Shown here piece after piece: positions 31,263-41,336 of a DNA stretch of 64,000 nt (within the stretch, counting starts at the first letter, position 1; the number at the start of each line of letters is the position of its first letter). A program made the translations under genes and the position numbers. The stretch is from an uncultured Phycisphaerales bacterium (GTDB lineage Bacteria > Planctomycetota > Phycisphaerae > Tepidisphaerales > Tepidisphaeraceae): contig CAVWLP010000003.1 of the NCBI GenBank assembly GCA_963755915.1, positions 1,024,001 to 1,088,000 of the forward strand, written 5' to 3'. A model generated the notes under the pieces. That model ran no database searches, was not told the origin of the DNA, and was given only the letters and a program-made list of their open reading frames with translations.

Positions 31263-33233
31263 ATGGTTCGGCAAATTGTTCAGGTTGCGGGGCTGATTGC
31301 GATTTCTTTGATCGCGTATTTTCCGGCGCTGGGGAATGGGTTTATCTGGGATGATGACCGGTATATCGAGCAGAATTATCAGCTTCATTCGCCGGGGGGA
31401 TTGGAGCGGATTTGGACGCGGCCGCTGAGCGCGGAGCCGCAGTATTATCCGGTGACGCATACGTCGCTTTGGGTGGAATATCATTTGTGGGGGGCGAAGC
31501 CGCTGGGGTATCACCTGGATAATATTCTGCTGCACGCGCTGGGGGCGGTGATTTTGTGGAGGATTTTGCTGAGGCTGGAGATCGCGGGGGCGTGGGTGGC
31601 GGCGGCGGTTTGGGCGGTGCATCCGTTGCAGGTGGAATCGGTGGCTTGGGCGACGGAGAGAAAGAATGTATTGAGTGGGGTTTTGTATTTTTTGGCGGGG
31701 TGGGCGTATTTGCGATCCCGAGATTTCTGGTGTCCGACCCCCTCCCCTGCCCTCCCCCGGAGTACCGGGGGCGGGGGTTTGATGTTGTGGTATGTCGCGA
31801 GTTTGGTGCTTTTCATTGCGGCGTTGCTGACGAAATCGGTGACTTCTACGTTGCCTGCTGCGATTTTGATTTTGTGTTGGTGGAAGAGGGGGAGGATTTC
31901 TGTCCGGGATTTTTGTCTGTGGTTCCGATGCTGATTCTTGGGGGGGCGATGGGGAGTCTTACGGGTTGGATGGAGAAGCATGTGGTGGGGGCAATGGGGG
32001 TGGATTTTGATTTTCTTACGCCGGTGGATCGAGTGTGTATCGCGGGGAGGGCGTTTTGGTTTTATATGGTGAAGCTCTTTTGGCCGGGGCGGTTGATGTT
32101 TATTTATCCGCACTGGGTGGTGGATCCGGGGGAGAGGCCGGGGTGGTTTGTTTATCCGGTGGCTGCGATTGGGTTGATTTTGGGATTGTGGCTTCTGCGC
32201 GGCGCATCGGCGCGGGCGCTCGCCGGGGTTTTGTTTTATGGGGTGACGCTCGTGCCGGCGATGGGGTTCGTGAATGTTTTTCCGATGCGGTATTCGTATG
32301 TGGCGGATCATTTTCAGTATCTGGCGGGGATTGGGATTATTGTGGTGGTGGTGAGTGGTGTGGCGAGGATTGGAGCGGGGCAACGGGCGATTCATGTTGG
32401 GATGGTGGCAGTGGTGATTGCGTCGCTGTGTGTTGCGAGCAATCTGCATGCGCGGATTTTTTTGGATCGGAAGACGCTTTGGGGGAATACGGTCGCGATG
32501 AATCCTGGATCGCCGATGGCACATAACAACTATGGGGCGGCGCTGGTGGATGCGGGGGATTTTGCGGGGGCGATGGGGCAGTTTCGGTTGGTGATGGATC
32601 GCTGGCCATCCGCGGCGGACTGGACGGGGATGGGGGAATGCTATGCGATGCGGGGGGATTATGTGACGGCGAAGGAGTTTTATCTCAAGGCGATTGAGGC
32701 GGAGCCGGGGTCGGATGAAACGGTGTTTCGGCGATTGCGCGCGGGGGGGAATTTCAACTGGGGACGGCGTATCAGGGGTTGGCGGAAGAGTTTCCTGCGG
32801 ATGCCGGAAATATCGGGGGCTGGCGGCGGAGGCTTATGAGCGGGCGATTGCGCTTTATCCTGAGTTCGAAACGCCGAGGATTAACCTGGCGGTGACGCTG
32901 ATTGATCTGGGGGAGTATTCGCGGGCCATTCAGCAGTGTCAGGCGATATTGGATGTGAATCCGGATTCGGGGGCGGCGTATCGGAACTGGGGGATGGCGT
33001 ATTATGAGCAGGGGGAATTGGGGGAGGCGCTGGAGAGGTATCAGAGGTCGCTGGAGTTGGAGCCGGAGAATGCGGGGGCGATGGCGAGCGCGGGGGGGAT
33101 TTTGGTGCAGATGGGGAGAATTGATGAAGGGGTGGAGATGTTGCATCGGGCGATGGGGATTGATCCGAAGAATGAGATTGCGCGGCAGAATTTGGGGGCG
33201 GCGATGCAATTGAAGATGCAGACGCGGCCGTGA
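31263..33233 (+). CDS. TMTC-like GT-C membrane glycosyltransferase with TPR tail, paralog 2; frameshifts near 31915 and 32750-32820
   Basis: FIWDDDRYI, YYPV, VHPLQVESVAWATERKN, VADHFQYL, AHNNYG and TPRs. Confidence 0.8.
31738..31777. repeat. REP family D inside a CDS (in-frame)
   Basis: CCCCCTCCCCTGCCCTCCCCCGGAGTACCGGGGGCGGGGG, read as part of PTPSPALPRSTGGGG. Confidence 0.85.
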
Positions 33234-33250
33234 GGGTTGGGGGGGAAGAA

Positions 33251-33278
33251 AGCGCTCCCCTGCGGGTCGCGGCTAAAC
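33251..33278 (-). repeat. REP family A, copy 4
   Basis: AGCGCTCCCCTGCGGGTCGCGGCTAAAC. Confidence 0.75.
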
Positions 33279-33284
33279 AATTTG

Positions 33285-35429
33285 TCAGGCGGGTTGGAGG
33301 CCGGCGAATTCGAGGATGAGGGTTTTTCGGCCGGAGGTGGGGAAATCTACGATGGCGCGGTTGTTGGAGAGGTTGAGGATTTTGCCGACACCGAAACGGG
33401 GGTGGCGGACGGATTGGCCGACGTGGAGGTCGCCGGGAATTGGGTCGGGGTCGATTTCGCCGGGGTCGTGGGTCGTCACGTTCATGAAGTCGCGGGGCAT
33501 TTGGCCCAGGAATTGGCTGGTGACGGTTGTGCCGGAGAGGCCGCGGATGGTGCGGCGGGCGGCTTTGGAAAGAATCAGGCGCTGCTGGGCGCGGGTGATG
33601 CCTACGAAGCAGAGGCGGCGTTCTTCTTCGAGCTGGTCGACGCTCTCCATCGCGCGGGCGTGAGGGAGACACCCTTCTTCCAGGCCGATCATGGCGACCA
33701 CCGGAAACTCCAGGCCCTTGGCGGCGTGGAGGGTCATGAGGGTGACCGCCCCACCGCTGCCGTCCATGTGATCGACGTCACTGACGAGGCTGACTTCGCC
33801 GAGATATTCTTCGAGGGTTCCTTCCGGGTGCTGCTTGTCGAACTCGGCGGCGGCGGAGACGAGTTCGGCGACGTTGGCGAGCTCGTTTTCGGCGTCGGGG
33901 TCTTCCTTACGGAGCATTTCCTCGATGCCGGTGCGCTTCAGGACGGCTTCCATGAGGGTGCGCATGTTGTGGGCGACGCCGTTGGGAGGGGTTTGGAGAT
34001 TCTCGATGAGGTTGACGAAATTTGCCGTGGAATTCACCGCGCGGGTGGAGAGGCCGGGGACGACGGCGGCTTGTTTCATGGATTGCCACAGGGATTGACC
34101 GTGGCCGACGGCGTGGGTTTGGATGAGCTTGACGCTGGCGTCGCCGATGCCGCGGGTGGGGACGTTGACGATGCGGGTGAGGCTGACTTCGTCGGAGGGG
34201 TTGGAGATTAGTCTCAGGTAGGCGAGGACGTCTTTGATTTCCTTGCGGTTGTAGAACTCTACGCCGCGGGCGATCTGGTAGGGAACCTGCTTGCGGCGGA
34301 GGGCGTCTTCCATGACGCGGGAGAGGGAGTTCATGCGGTAGAAGATGGCCATTTCGCTCCAGTCGATTCCTTTCTCGTGGAGGCGGATGAGCTGTTCGGC
34401 GACGGCCCAGGCTTCGTCGTGCTCGTCGCGGCAGAGGAGGACCTGGGCTTTTTCGCCGTCGTCGTTTTCGGTCCAGAGTCGCTTTTCCTTGCGGCGGAGG
34501 TTGTGGCCGATGAGATGCTCGGCGATGGCGAGGATGACCTTGGTGGAGCGGTAGTTTTGCTCGAGGCGGATGACGGTGGCGTCGGGGTAGTCTTTTTCGA
34601 AGTCGAGGATGTTGGCGATGTCGGCGCCGCGCCAGGCGTAGATGGATTGGTCGGGGTCGCCGACGACGCAGATGTTGCGGTGCTTCATCGCCAGGGCGTG
34701 GACGAGGACGTATTGGGCGTGGTTGGTGTCCTGGTATTCGTCCACCAGGATGTAGCGGAAGCGATCCTGGAGGTCGGCCATGATTTCGGGATGGTTTTTC
34801 ATGGCGCGGACGGTGCGGAGGAGGAGGTCGTCGAAATCGAGGGCGTTGGCGGCGGTGAGGAGCTGCTGATATTTGCGGAAGATGCGGGAGACGACTTCGC
34901 TGTAGCGGTCTTTGATGGAGAGGGCATATTCTTCGGCGTCGATGAGGCGGTTTTTGGCGTTGCTGATGGTGCCGTGGATCATGCCGGGGGTGGCGTTGCC
35001 GAGGGGGATGTCGAGCATTTTGATGGCGTCTTTGATGAGCTTGGACTGGTCGGCGGAGTCGTAGACGGTGAAGTTGGGGGGCAGGCCGACGGCGGTTGCG
35101 TAGTGCTTGAGGATGCGGAGGCAGAGGGAGTGGAAGGTGCAGATGATGGGCCAGGGCTGATCGAGGCGGCCCCAGTCGCGGATGGGGCGAGGCGAGCTGG
35201 TGGAGATGCGGTGTTTCATCTCGCCGGCGGCTTTGTTGGTGAAGGTGATGGCGAGAATGGAGCGGGGGTCAATGCCGATGTTCATGAGGTAAGCGACGCG
35301 GCGGGTGATGACGCGGGTTTTGCCGCTGCCCGCGGCGGCGATGATAAGCAGAGGACCATCCACGTGGGTGACGGCTTGGAGCTGAGGGGCGGTGAGGTCG
35401 GCGAGGATTGGATCAGGTTGATCCGGCAT
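33285..35429 (-). CDS. pcrA: ATP-dependent DNA helicase PcrA/UvrD
   Basis: AAAGSGKT, TFTNKAA, VDEYQDTN, VGDPDQSIYAWRGA, QNYRS, TLHAAKGLEF, EERRLCFVGITRA, C-terminal Tudor-like VRHPRFGVG. Confidence 0.93.
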   Translation of the reverse strand: MPDQPDPILADLTAPQLQAVTHVDGPLLIIAAAGSGKTRVITRRVAYLMNIGIDPRSILAITFTNKAAGEMKHRISTSSPRPIRDWGRLDQPWPIICTFHSLCLRILKHYATAVGLPPNFTVYDSADQSKLIKDAIKMLDIPLGNATPGMIHGTISNAKNRLIDAEEYALSIKDRYSEVVSRIFRKYQQLLTAANALDFDDLLLRTVRAMKNHPEIMADLQDRFRYILVDEYQDTNHAQYVLVHALAMKHRNICVVGDPDQSIYAWRGADIANILDFEKDYPDATVIRLEQNYRSTKVILAIAEHLIGHNLRRKEKRLWTENDDGEKAQVLLCRDEHDEAWAVAEQLIRLHEKGIDWSEMAIFYRMNSLSRVMEDALRRKQVPYQIARGVEFYNRKEIKDVLAYLRLISNPSDEVSLTRIVNVPTRGIGDASVKLIQTHAVGHGQSLWQSMKQAAVVPGLSTRAVNSTANFVNLIENLQTPPNGVAHNMRTLMEAVLKRTGIEEMLRKEDPDAENELANVAELVSAAAEFDKQHPEGTLEEYLGEVSLVSDVDHMDGSGGAVTLMTLHAAKGLEFPVVAMIGLEEGCLPHARAMESVDQLEEERRLCFVGITRAQQRLILSKAARRTIRGLSGTTVTSQFLGQMPRDFMNVTTHDPGEIDPDPIPGDLHVGQSVRHPRFGVGKILNLSNNRAIVDFPTSGRKTLILEFAGLQPA

Positions 35430-35454
35430 GATTGAACTATAGCGGTGGAGTGGG

Positions 35455-35571
35455 GAAATTCGAAATCCGAAACTCGAATGACGAATCAAATCCGAAACTC
35501 GAATGACGAAAAAATGGGGTATTTCGTCATTCTGGTTTGAATCATCATTCTGGTTTCTGGTTTCGGGTTTC
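35455..35571. repeat. Inverted pair of heptamer-periodic arms (same family as 27340)
   Basis: GAAATTCGAAATCCGAAACTCGAATGACGAATCAAATCCGAAACTCGAATGACGAAA with a degenerate inverted arm. Confidence 0.78.
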
Positions 35572-35593
35572 CGCGGCGGTAAGATTTGTACGA

Positions 35594-36783
35594 ATGCCTG
35601 GACCCCGCATTAATCTCAGCTCGACTCCTGAAAAAGCAGACCGCGGCGATCCGTGGGTGACGGGATTTCTTTTGCCGGTTTGTACGGTGCGGTGTGATTC
35701 TTCGACGCTGCGATCCATCGCGCGGGTGGGGGAGAGCGTGATTCGGGAGTGGGACGATCCGCTGGAGGCGCTGGATTGGATTTCGCGGACGTTTTGGCCG
35801 GGGGAGGGGCGGTGGATTGGATTTTTGGGGTTTGATCTGGGGGGGTTGTTTGAGGAGTTGCCGAGGCGGGCTGTGGATGATTTGGGGTTGCCGCTGTTTG
35901 TGTTTACGTATTGCCGGCCGGTGGGAGAGAGAGGGGCGGGCGTGGAGGAGGATTATGGGCGGGGGGAGGAGGCGCTGTCTTCGAATTTTTCGCGCGGGGC
36001 ATATGAGAAGGCGGTGGAGCGGGCGCTGCGGTATATCGGGGAGGGGGATATTTTTCAGGTGAATCTGGCGCAGCGGTTTTCGGCGGGGTTGCGGGCGCAT
36101 CCGGGGGAAATTTATCGGAGGCTGGTAGGGGAATCGCCTGCGGCATATGGGGCGTATCTGGGGTATGAGGATTTTGCGATTATCTCGAATTCGCCGGAGC
36201 TTTTTTTGCGGGTGACGCCGGACCGGAAGGTTGTGACGCGGCCGATCAAGGGGACGCGACCTGCAATGGATGGGATGGAGGGGGAGCTGCGCGAATCGGG
36301 GAAGGATCAGGCGGAATTGAACATGATCGTCGATCTGGAGAGGAATGATCTGGGGCGGGTATGTGAAGTGGGGAGCATTGAGGTTGTTGAGGCGCGGGCG
36401 ATTGAGAGGCATGGGAGCGTGTTTCATGGGGTGGCGACGGTGCGGGGGACTTTGCGGCCGGAGGTGGGGTTTGTCGATCTGCTGCGGGCGACGTTTCCGG
36501 GGGGAGCGTGACGGGGGCGCCGAAGATTCGGGCGATTGAGATTATCGATGAGCTGGAGCCGGTGCGGAGGGGGCCGTACTGCGGGGCGATTGGGTATTTG
36601 GATTCTAGCGGGTTGATTGAATTCAATGTCGCGATTCGAACGATGGTGGCGAAGGCGGGGAAAATTTATATTCCTGTGGGGGCGGGGATTGTCGCGGATT
36701 CTGATCCGGTGCGGGAATATGAGGAGACACTGGTGAAAGCGAAGGCTATGTTTGCGGCGGCCGGTGTCGAAATGGAAATGTGA
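35594..36783 (+). CDS. pabB: Aminodeoxychorismate synthase component I / anthranilate synthase I family; frameshift near 36505
   Basis: GDIFQVNL, SNSPELF, TRPIKGT, MIVDLERNDL, FPGG..TGAPKIRA, YCGAIG, VAIRT, GAGIVADS. Confidence 0.8.
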
Positions 36784-36801
36784 CGCCTGTTTGGTTATCG
36801 A

Positions 36802-36842
36802 CCCCCCTCCTCTACCCTCCCCCGGAGTACCGGGGGCGGGGG
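36802..36842. repeat. REP family D
   Basis: CCCCCCTCCTCTACCCTCCCCCGGAGTACCGGGGGCGGGGG. Confidence 0.8.
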
Positions 36843-36868
36843 TTAAGAGAAATTCGAAGGGATGAAGG

Positions 36869-37957
36869 ATGATATTGAGCACAATTTTGAGCGCGCTGGA
36901 AGAAATTGCTCCGCTGGGGCTGGCGGAATCGTGGGATAATGTGGGGCTGCTGGTAGGGGATCCGAAGCAGGAGGTCAATCGGATTTTGTTGACGATTGAT
37001 TATTCGCCTGAAGTCGCGAAGGAGGCGGCTGAACAGCGGTGCGATCTGGTGATTGCGTATCATCCGCCGATTTTTAAGGCGTTGAAAAGGATCGTGGCGG
37101 GGAGTGGGATTTTTGAGGCGGTTCGAAAAGGCATCGCGATTTATTCGCCGCATACGGCGCTGGATGTGGCGGAGGGGGGAACGAATGACATGCTGGCGGA
37201 TGTGCTGGGGTTGACGGATCGGAAGCCGCTTAGGGCGGCGGAGGGGAAGGGGGCGGAATATAAGCTGGTGGTGTTTGTGCCGATCGAGGTGGTGGACAAG
37301 GTGAGCACGGCGATGTTTGAGGCGGGGGCGGGGCATATCGGGAATTATTCATCATGCAGTTTCAGGTCGACGGGATTGGGGACTTTTTTTGGGGAGAAGG
37401 GGTCGCATCCGACGCTTGGGCAGACGGGAAGGCTGGAACATGCGGATGAGATTCGGCTGGAGACGGTCGTTCCGGTTGAGAAGACGGAAGCGGTGGTGAG
37501 CGCGATGCGGGGGAGTCATCCGTATGAGGAGCCGGCGTTTGATTTGATCGTTTTGGCGCCGAAGATGGCGGATCGGGGGCAGGGGAAAATCGGGGGGATC
37601 CCCCCTACCGCTCGGCGGGAGCTGTTTGAGCGGATCAAGCGGGGGCTGGAGATTGAGCATCTGCTGATCGCGGGGCCGATGGAGGGAGAGGTTAAACGCG
37701 GGGCGGTGTGCGCGGGGTCGTGCGGGGAGTTTCTGGAGAATGCGATCGCGGGAGGGGCGGAGGTATATCTCACGGGAGAATTGCGGCATCACGATGCGGC
37801 GCGGGCGGCGGCAGCGGGGATGACGGTGGTGTGTACACTGCATTCGAATAGCGAGCGCGGGGTTTTGAAGAGGCTGAAGAAGCGGATAGAGGAGCGGGAG
37901 GGGATGGTGGAGATTCTGGTGAGTGAGAAGGATCGGGATCCGTTTTTGGTTCGGTGA
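36869..37957 (+). CDS. Nif3-like dinuclear metal centre protein with PII-like insert
   Basis: AESWDNVGL, YHPPIF, HTALD, AGAGHIGNY, HPYEEPAFD, TGELRHH, HSNSE. Confidence 0.92.
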   Translation: MILSTILSALEEIAPLGLAESWDNVGLLVGDPKQEVNRILLTIDYSPEVAKEAAEQRCDLVIAYHPPIFKALKRIVAGSGIFEAVRKGIAIYSPHTALDVAEGGTNDMLADVLGLTDRKPLRAAEGKGAEYKLVVFVPIEVVDKVSTAMFEAGAGHIGNYSSCSFRSTGLGTFFGEKGSHPTLGQTGRLEHADEIRLETVVPVEKTEAVVSAMRGSHPYEEPAFDLIVLAPKMADRGQGKIGGIPPTARRELFERIKRGLEIEHLLIAGPMEGEVKRGAVCAGSCGEFLENAIAGGAEVYLTGELRHHDAARAAAAGMTVVCTLHSNSERGVLKRLKKRIEEREGMVEILVSEKDRDPFLVR

Positions 37958-37981
37958 CTAAGGGAATTGCACCGCACGGAA

Positions 37982-38009
37982 AGCGCTCCCCTTCGGGTCG
38001 CGGCTAAAC
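37982..38009 (-). repeat. REP family A, copy 5
   Basis: AGCGCTCCCCTTCGGGTCGCGGCTAAAC. Confidence 0.75.
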
Positions 38010-38034
38010 GGGGAGAGGGTGGATGGGGGATTTG

Positions 38035-38799
38035 CTATTGTCCGTAGGGGCCTTCGATGACGTTCCACTCTGGGGTGGTTGGGGGGAGGGTGAAATCCTT
38101 GTCGCTGACGCCGGTGTTGAGTTTCACATTGGCCAAATCCGTCGTGCGTGTCGTCGTTTGGTTGATGTCGAGGGTTTGAATTCGGCGCGGCATGGCCGAT
38201 TGGGTTTCGACCCAGACGTCGATGGTTTTGAAATCTTTGGCCATTTCCGTGCCGTCTTTGGGGGTGAGCTGGAGATGGACGGTGCCGGGGGGATCATCTG
38301 AGGTCGGGCCTACTCGGGCGACGGTGAAAATTTTCAGGACGTCTTCGCGTTTTTGGCCGAGGGGGAGGGGGAATGGGCCTTCGCCGAGCTTGAAGAGGTC
38401 GACGTTCTGTCCCGGCTTGAGGAGCTGGCCTTTGTTTTCGTGCTTGAGCTGGTAGTCGCGGTCGTCGAGGACGCCGTTGTCGAGGACGTATTCGTGATCC
38501 TGGGGTGTTATCAGGTTATCGACCTGTTTTTTGGTGAAGGCGACGCGGATGCGGACGTCGGTGGGGCTTTTTCGCTGGAGGACGACGGAGCCGATGCTCA
38601 TGTGGGTATCGCCGGTGTCGGTGGCGGTGTCGGTGAGGGTGACGTCGGCGGAGAAATCGCGCAGGCCGGTACCGCGGGCGTCGAGGGCGTCGAGGATCTG
38701 GTCGGTGGTGGAATTGTTTGAAAGCGTCGGCTGGGTGGTTGGGCCGGCGACGGTGGTGCAGGCGGCGGTCAGGACAAAGAGGAAAATCCATTTTCGCAT
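38035..38799 (-). CDS. LolA-like periplasmic protein
   Basis: Signal peptide MRKWIFLFVLTAAC; DFSADV, LQLTPK, IDVWV, NVKLNTGVSDKDF. Confidence 0.65.
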   Translation of the reverse strand: MRKWIFLFVLTAACTTVAGPTTQPTLSNNSTTDQILDALDARGTGLRDFSADVTLTDTATDTGDTHMSIGSVVLQRKSPTDVRIRVAFTKKQVDNLITPQDHEYVLDNGVLDDRDYQLKHENKGQLLKPGQNVDLFKLGEGPFPLPLGQKREDVLKIFTVARVGPTSDDPPGTVHLQLTPKDGTEMAKDFKTIDVWVETQSAMPRRIQTLDINQTTTRTTDLANVKLNTGVSDKDFTLPPTTPEWNVIEGPYGQ

Positions 38800-38804
38800 G
38801 AGGG

Positions 38805-39407
38805 CTATCTCCGAATACGTTTCAATAATTCGCACAGTTCGGGCAGATTGGCGACGGTCATCCAGGGCTCGGCGTCGAAATGGCGCGGCTTGTTGTGGCT
38901 GATCCAGACGGATCGGATCCCGGCGGCCGCGGCAGATTCGATGTCGTATTGGCCGTCGCCGACCATCCATGCATCAACGGATTCTATGCCTAATCGGCGG
39001 CAGGCGAGATGGAGGGGGGCGGGGCTGGGCTTGAAGAGACCGTCGTCGCGGGTGATCCGGACGGTGATTTGCAGGCTGTGACGGCGGATGACGGTGTCGG
39101 CACATTGGCGGCAGTTGCGGGTGACGAGGGCGACGGGGATTTTTCATGCGCGAGCCAGTTGAGGAGATCGCGGCAGCCGGGGTTGAGGGTCGATTTTTCG
39201 GCGGCGAGCTCTTCGTGGCGGAGGAGAACCCGTTCCGCCTGGCGCCGGCGGGCGTCGTCGAGAAGGGCGAGGGATTCGAGGATGGGGCCGTCGCCGATGC
39301 CCATGTCGGACTTGATGCGCGGGAAATCGAGCATGGGTTCGGTGAGGGTGCCGTCCATGTCGAAGAGGATGGCGCAGGGGGAAATCGATTTTGATGGGTT
39401 TGGTCAC
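38805..39407 (-). CDS. HAD-superfamily hydrolase; several frameshifts
   Basis: ILFDMDGTLT, TRN, KPSP and WMVGD motifs spread over frames. Confidence 0.78.
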
Positions 39408-39435
39408 GTCGGCGCGCGAGTATAACATTGCGAGG

Positions 39436-40425
39436 ATGACCCAGAAACCGGATTGGCGAAAGCTGCACGGAGATCACTTTTCCGGGCAGCCGGTTCTCGT
39501 GACTGGGGGGGCGGGGTTTATTGGGTCGCATCTGGCGATTGCACTTAACGAACTCGGCGCGAAGGTGACGGTTCTGGATGATCTTTCGGGAGGCGGGGAT
39601 CCGAAGGCGCTTGCGGGGGGGATTGAGTTTGTGCAGGGGTCGATTTTGGATTTGGGGCTGCTCGAGAAGTGTGTGCGCGGGCGGGAAGCGGTGTTTCATC
39701 AGGCGGCACTGGGGTCGGTGCCGCAGAGTATTGTGGAGCCGGTGAGGTATCAGGAGGTTAATTCTACGGGGACTTTGAATGTGCTGGAGACGGCGAGGAA
39801 GTGCGGGGTGAGGCGGGTGATGTTTGCGGCGAGCAGCAGTGCCTATGGGGATGCGCCGGAGTTGCCGAAGGTGGAGACGATGGCGGCGCAGCCGCGGAGC
39901 CCGTATGCGGCGACGAAGGTGGCGGGCGAAGCGATGTTGGGGGCGTATGCGGCGGGGATGGGGGTGGATGCGGTGAGCTTGAGGTATTTCAATATTTTTG
40001 GGCCGCGGCAGTCGGCGACCAGCGCGTATGCGGCGGTGATCGCGGCGTTTGCCAAGGCGATGCTATCGGGCAGGAGGCCGACGATTTACGGGGACGGGGA
40101 GCAATCGCGGGATTTTACGTATGTTGATAACGTGGTTCATGCGAATCTCCTTGCGGCGCGGCGAAAGGAGCCATTGGGGGGAAAGATCGTCAATATCGCG
40201 TGTGGGGTGCGGATTTCGGTGAATGAACTGGCTTTTCGGATGGGCAAATGGCTTGGGCGGGAGGATTTAAAGCCGGATTATGCGGCGGAGCGCGCGGGGG
40301 ATGTGAAACATTCGCTGGCGGAATTAACGCGTGCGAAGAATTTGCTGGGGTATGAGCCGATAGTGGATTTTGGTGCGGGGCTCGACGAGACAATGACGTG
40401 GTATCGCGCTGCGCGAGAGAGTTGA
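39436..40425 (+). CDS. NAD-dependent nucleotide-sugar epimerase/dehydratase (GalE/WbpP-like)
   Basis: TGGAGFIGS, HQAALGSVP, SSSAYG, YAATK, LRYFNIFGPRQ, SRDFTYV. Confidence 0.92.
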   Translation: MTQKPDWRKLHGDHFSGQPVLVTGGAGFIGSHLAIALNELGAKVTVLDDLSGGGDPKALAGGIEFVQGSILDLGLLEKCVRGREAVFHQAALGSVPQSIVEPVRYQEVNSTGTLNVLETARKCGVRRVMFAASSSAYGDAPELPKVETMAAQPRSPYAATKVAGEAMLGAYAAGMGVDAVSLRYFNIFGPRQSATSAYAAVIAAFAKAMLSGRRPTIYGDGEQSRDFTYVDNVVHANLLAARRKEPLGGKIVNIACGVRISVNELAFRMGKWLGREDLKPDYAAERAGDVKHSLAELTRAKNLLGYEPIVDFGAGLDETMTWYRAARES

Positions 40426-40514
40426 AAGTAGAAAGTAGAAAGTGGAGGAGAACTTGGTGGGAGGTTCCGGTTCTGGGGTTTAGGAGGTATGATGGGTGAG
40501 GAAGGAGCCTGAAG

Positions 40515-41283
40515 TTGGCAAAACGAACGCCGCTTGCGGAAAAATTGGACCGGATTCGCGATCGGATCGCGGAGGCGGCGGGGAAGACCAAGCGCGAGCC
40601 GGGGGAGATTACGCTGATCGCGGTGACGAAGACGGCCGCGCCGGAGCAGATTCGGGAAGTGCTGCAGCTTGGGCGTGGTCGATCTTGGCGAGAGCCGGGT
40701 GCAGGTGCTGACGCAGCGGGCGGCGCAGCTTAACGAATTTTATCAGAGGCGGGTGATTCACGGGGACGGGCAGCCGGCACAGAAAATTCGCTGGCATATG
40801 ATCGGGCATCTTCAGCGAAACAAGGTGAAGCGCTTTTGCCGCTGGTGCAGATGATTCACAGCATCGACAGCCTGCGGCTGGCGGAAGAGCTGGATATCCA
40901 GGCGGCGCGGCTGGCGGAAAAGACTTCCGGTACTTTTGCAGGTGAATACATCGGAGGAGTCGTCGAAGTTCGGGGTGGCGGTGGGAGCGGCGGTGCATCT
41001 GGCGGAGCAGATTGATTCGATGCCGAATTTGCAGATGCGCGGGCTGATGGCGATGGGGCCGCTGGAGGCGCCGGAGAAGAAGGTTCAACATGCGTTCACC
41101 AGGGCGAGAGAGATTTTTGAGGAAATGAAGTGGCACAAGATCGGCGGGGCGGGGCTGAAGCACCTGAGCATGGGAATGAGCCATGATTTTGAGCTGGCGA
41201 TCGCGGAAGGGTCGACGATGGTGAGGATTGGGACGGAGTTGTTCGGGGGGAATGTGGTGGAGGCGGATGAGATAGCGGAGTGA
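40515..41283 (+). CDS. yggS: PLP homeostasis protein YggS; frameshifted
   Basis: LIAVTKT, GESRVQ, WHMIGHLQRNKVK, QVNTSEESSKFG, LSMGMSHDF..GSTMVRIGT across three frames. Confidence 0.88.
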
Positions 41284-41297
41284 TATCGTAAGATGCG

Positions 41298-41328
41298 CCT
41301 CCCTCCCCTCGGAGTACCGGAGGCGGGG
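41298..41328. repeat. REP family D variant
   Basis: CCTCCCTCCCCTCGGAGTACCGGAGGCGGGG. Confidence 0.65.
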
Positions 41329-41336
41329 AAAACAAA

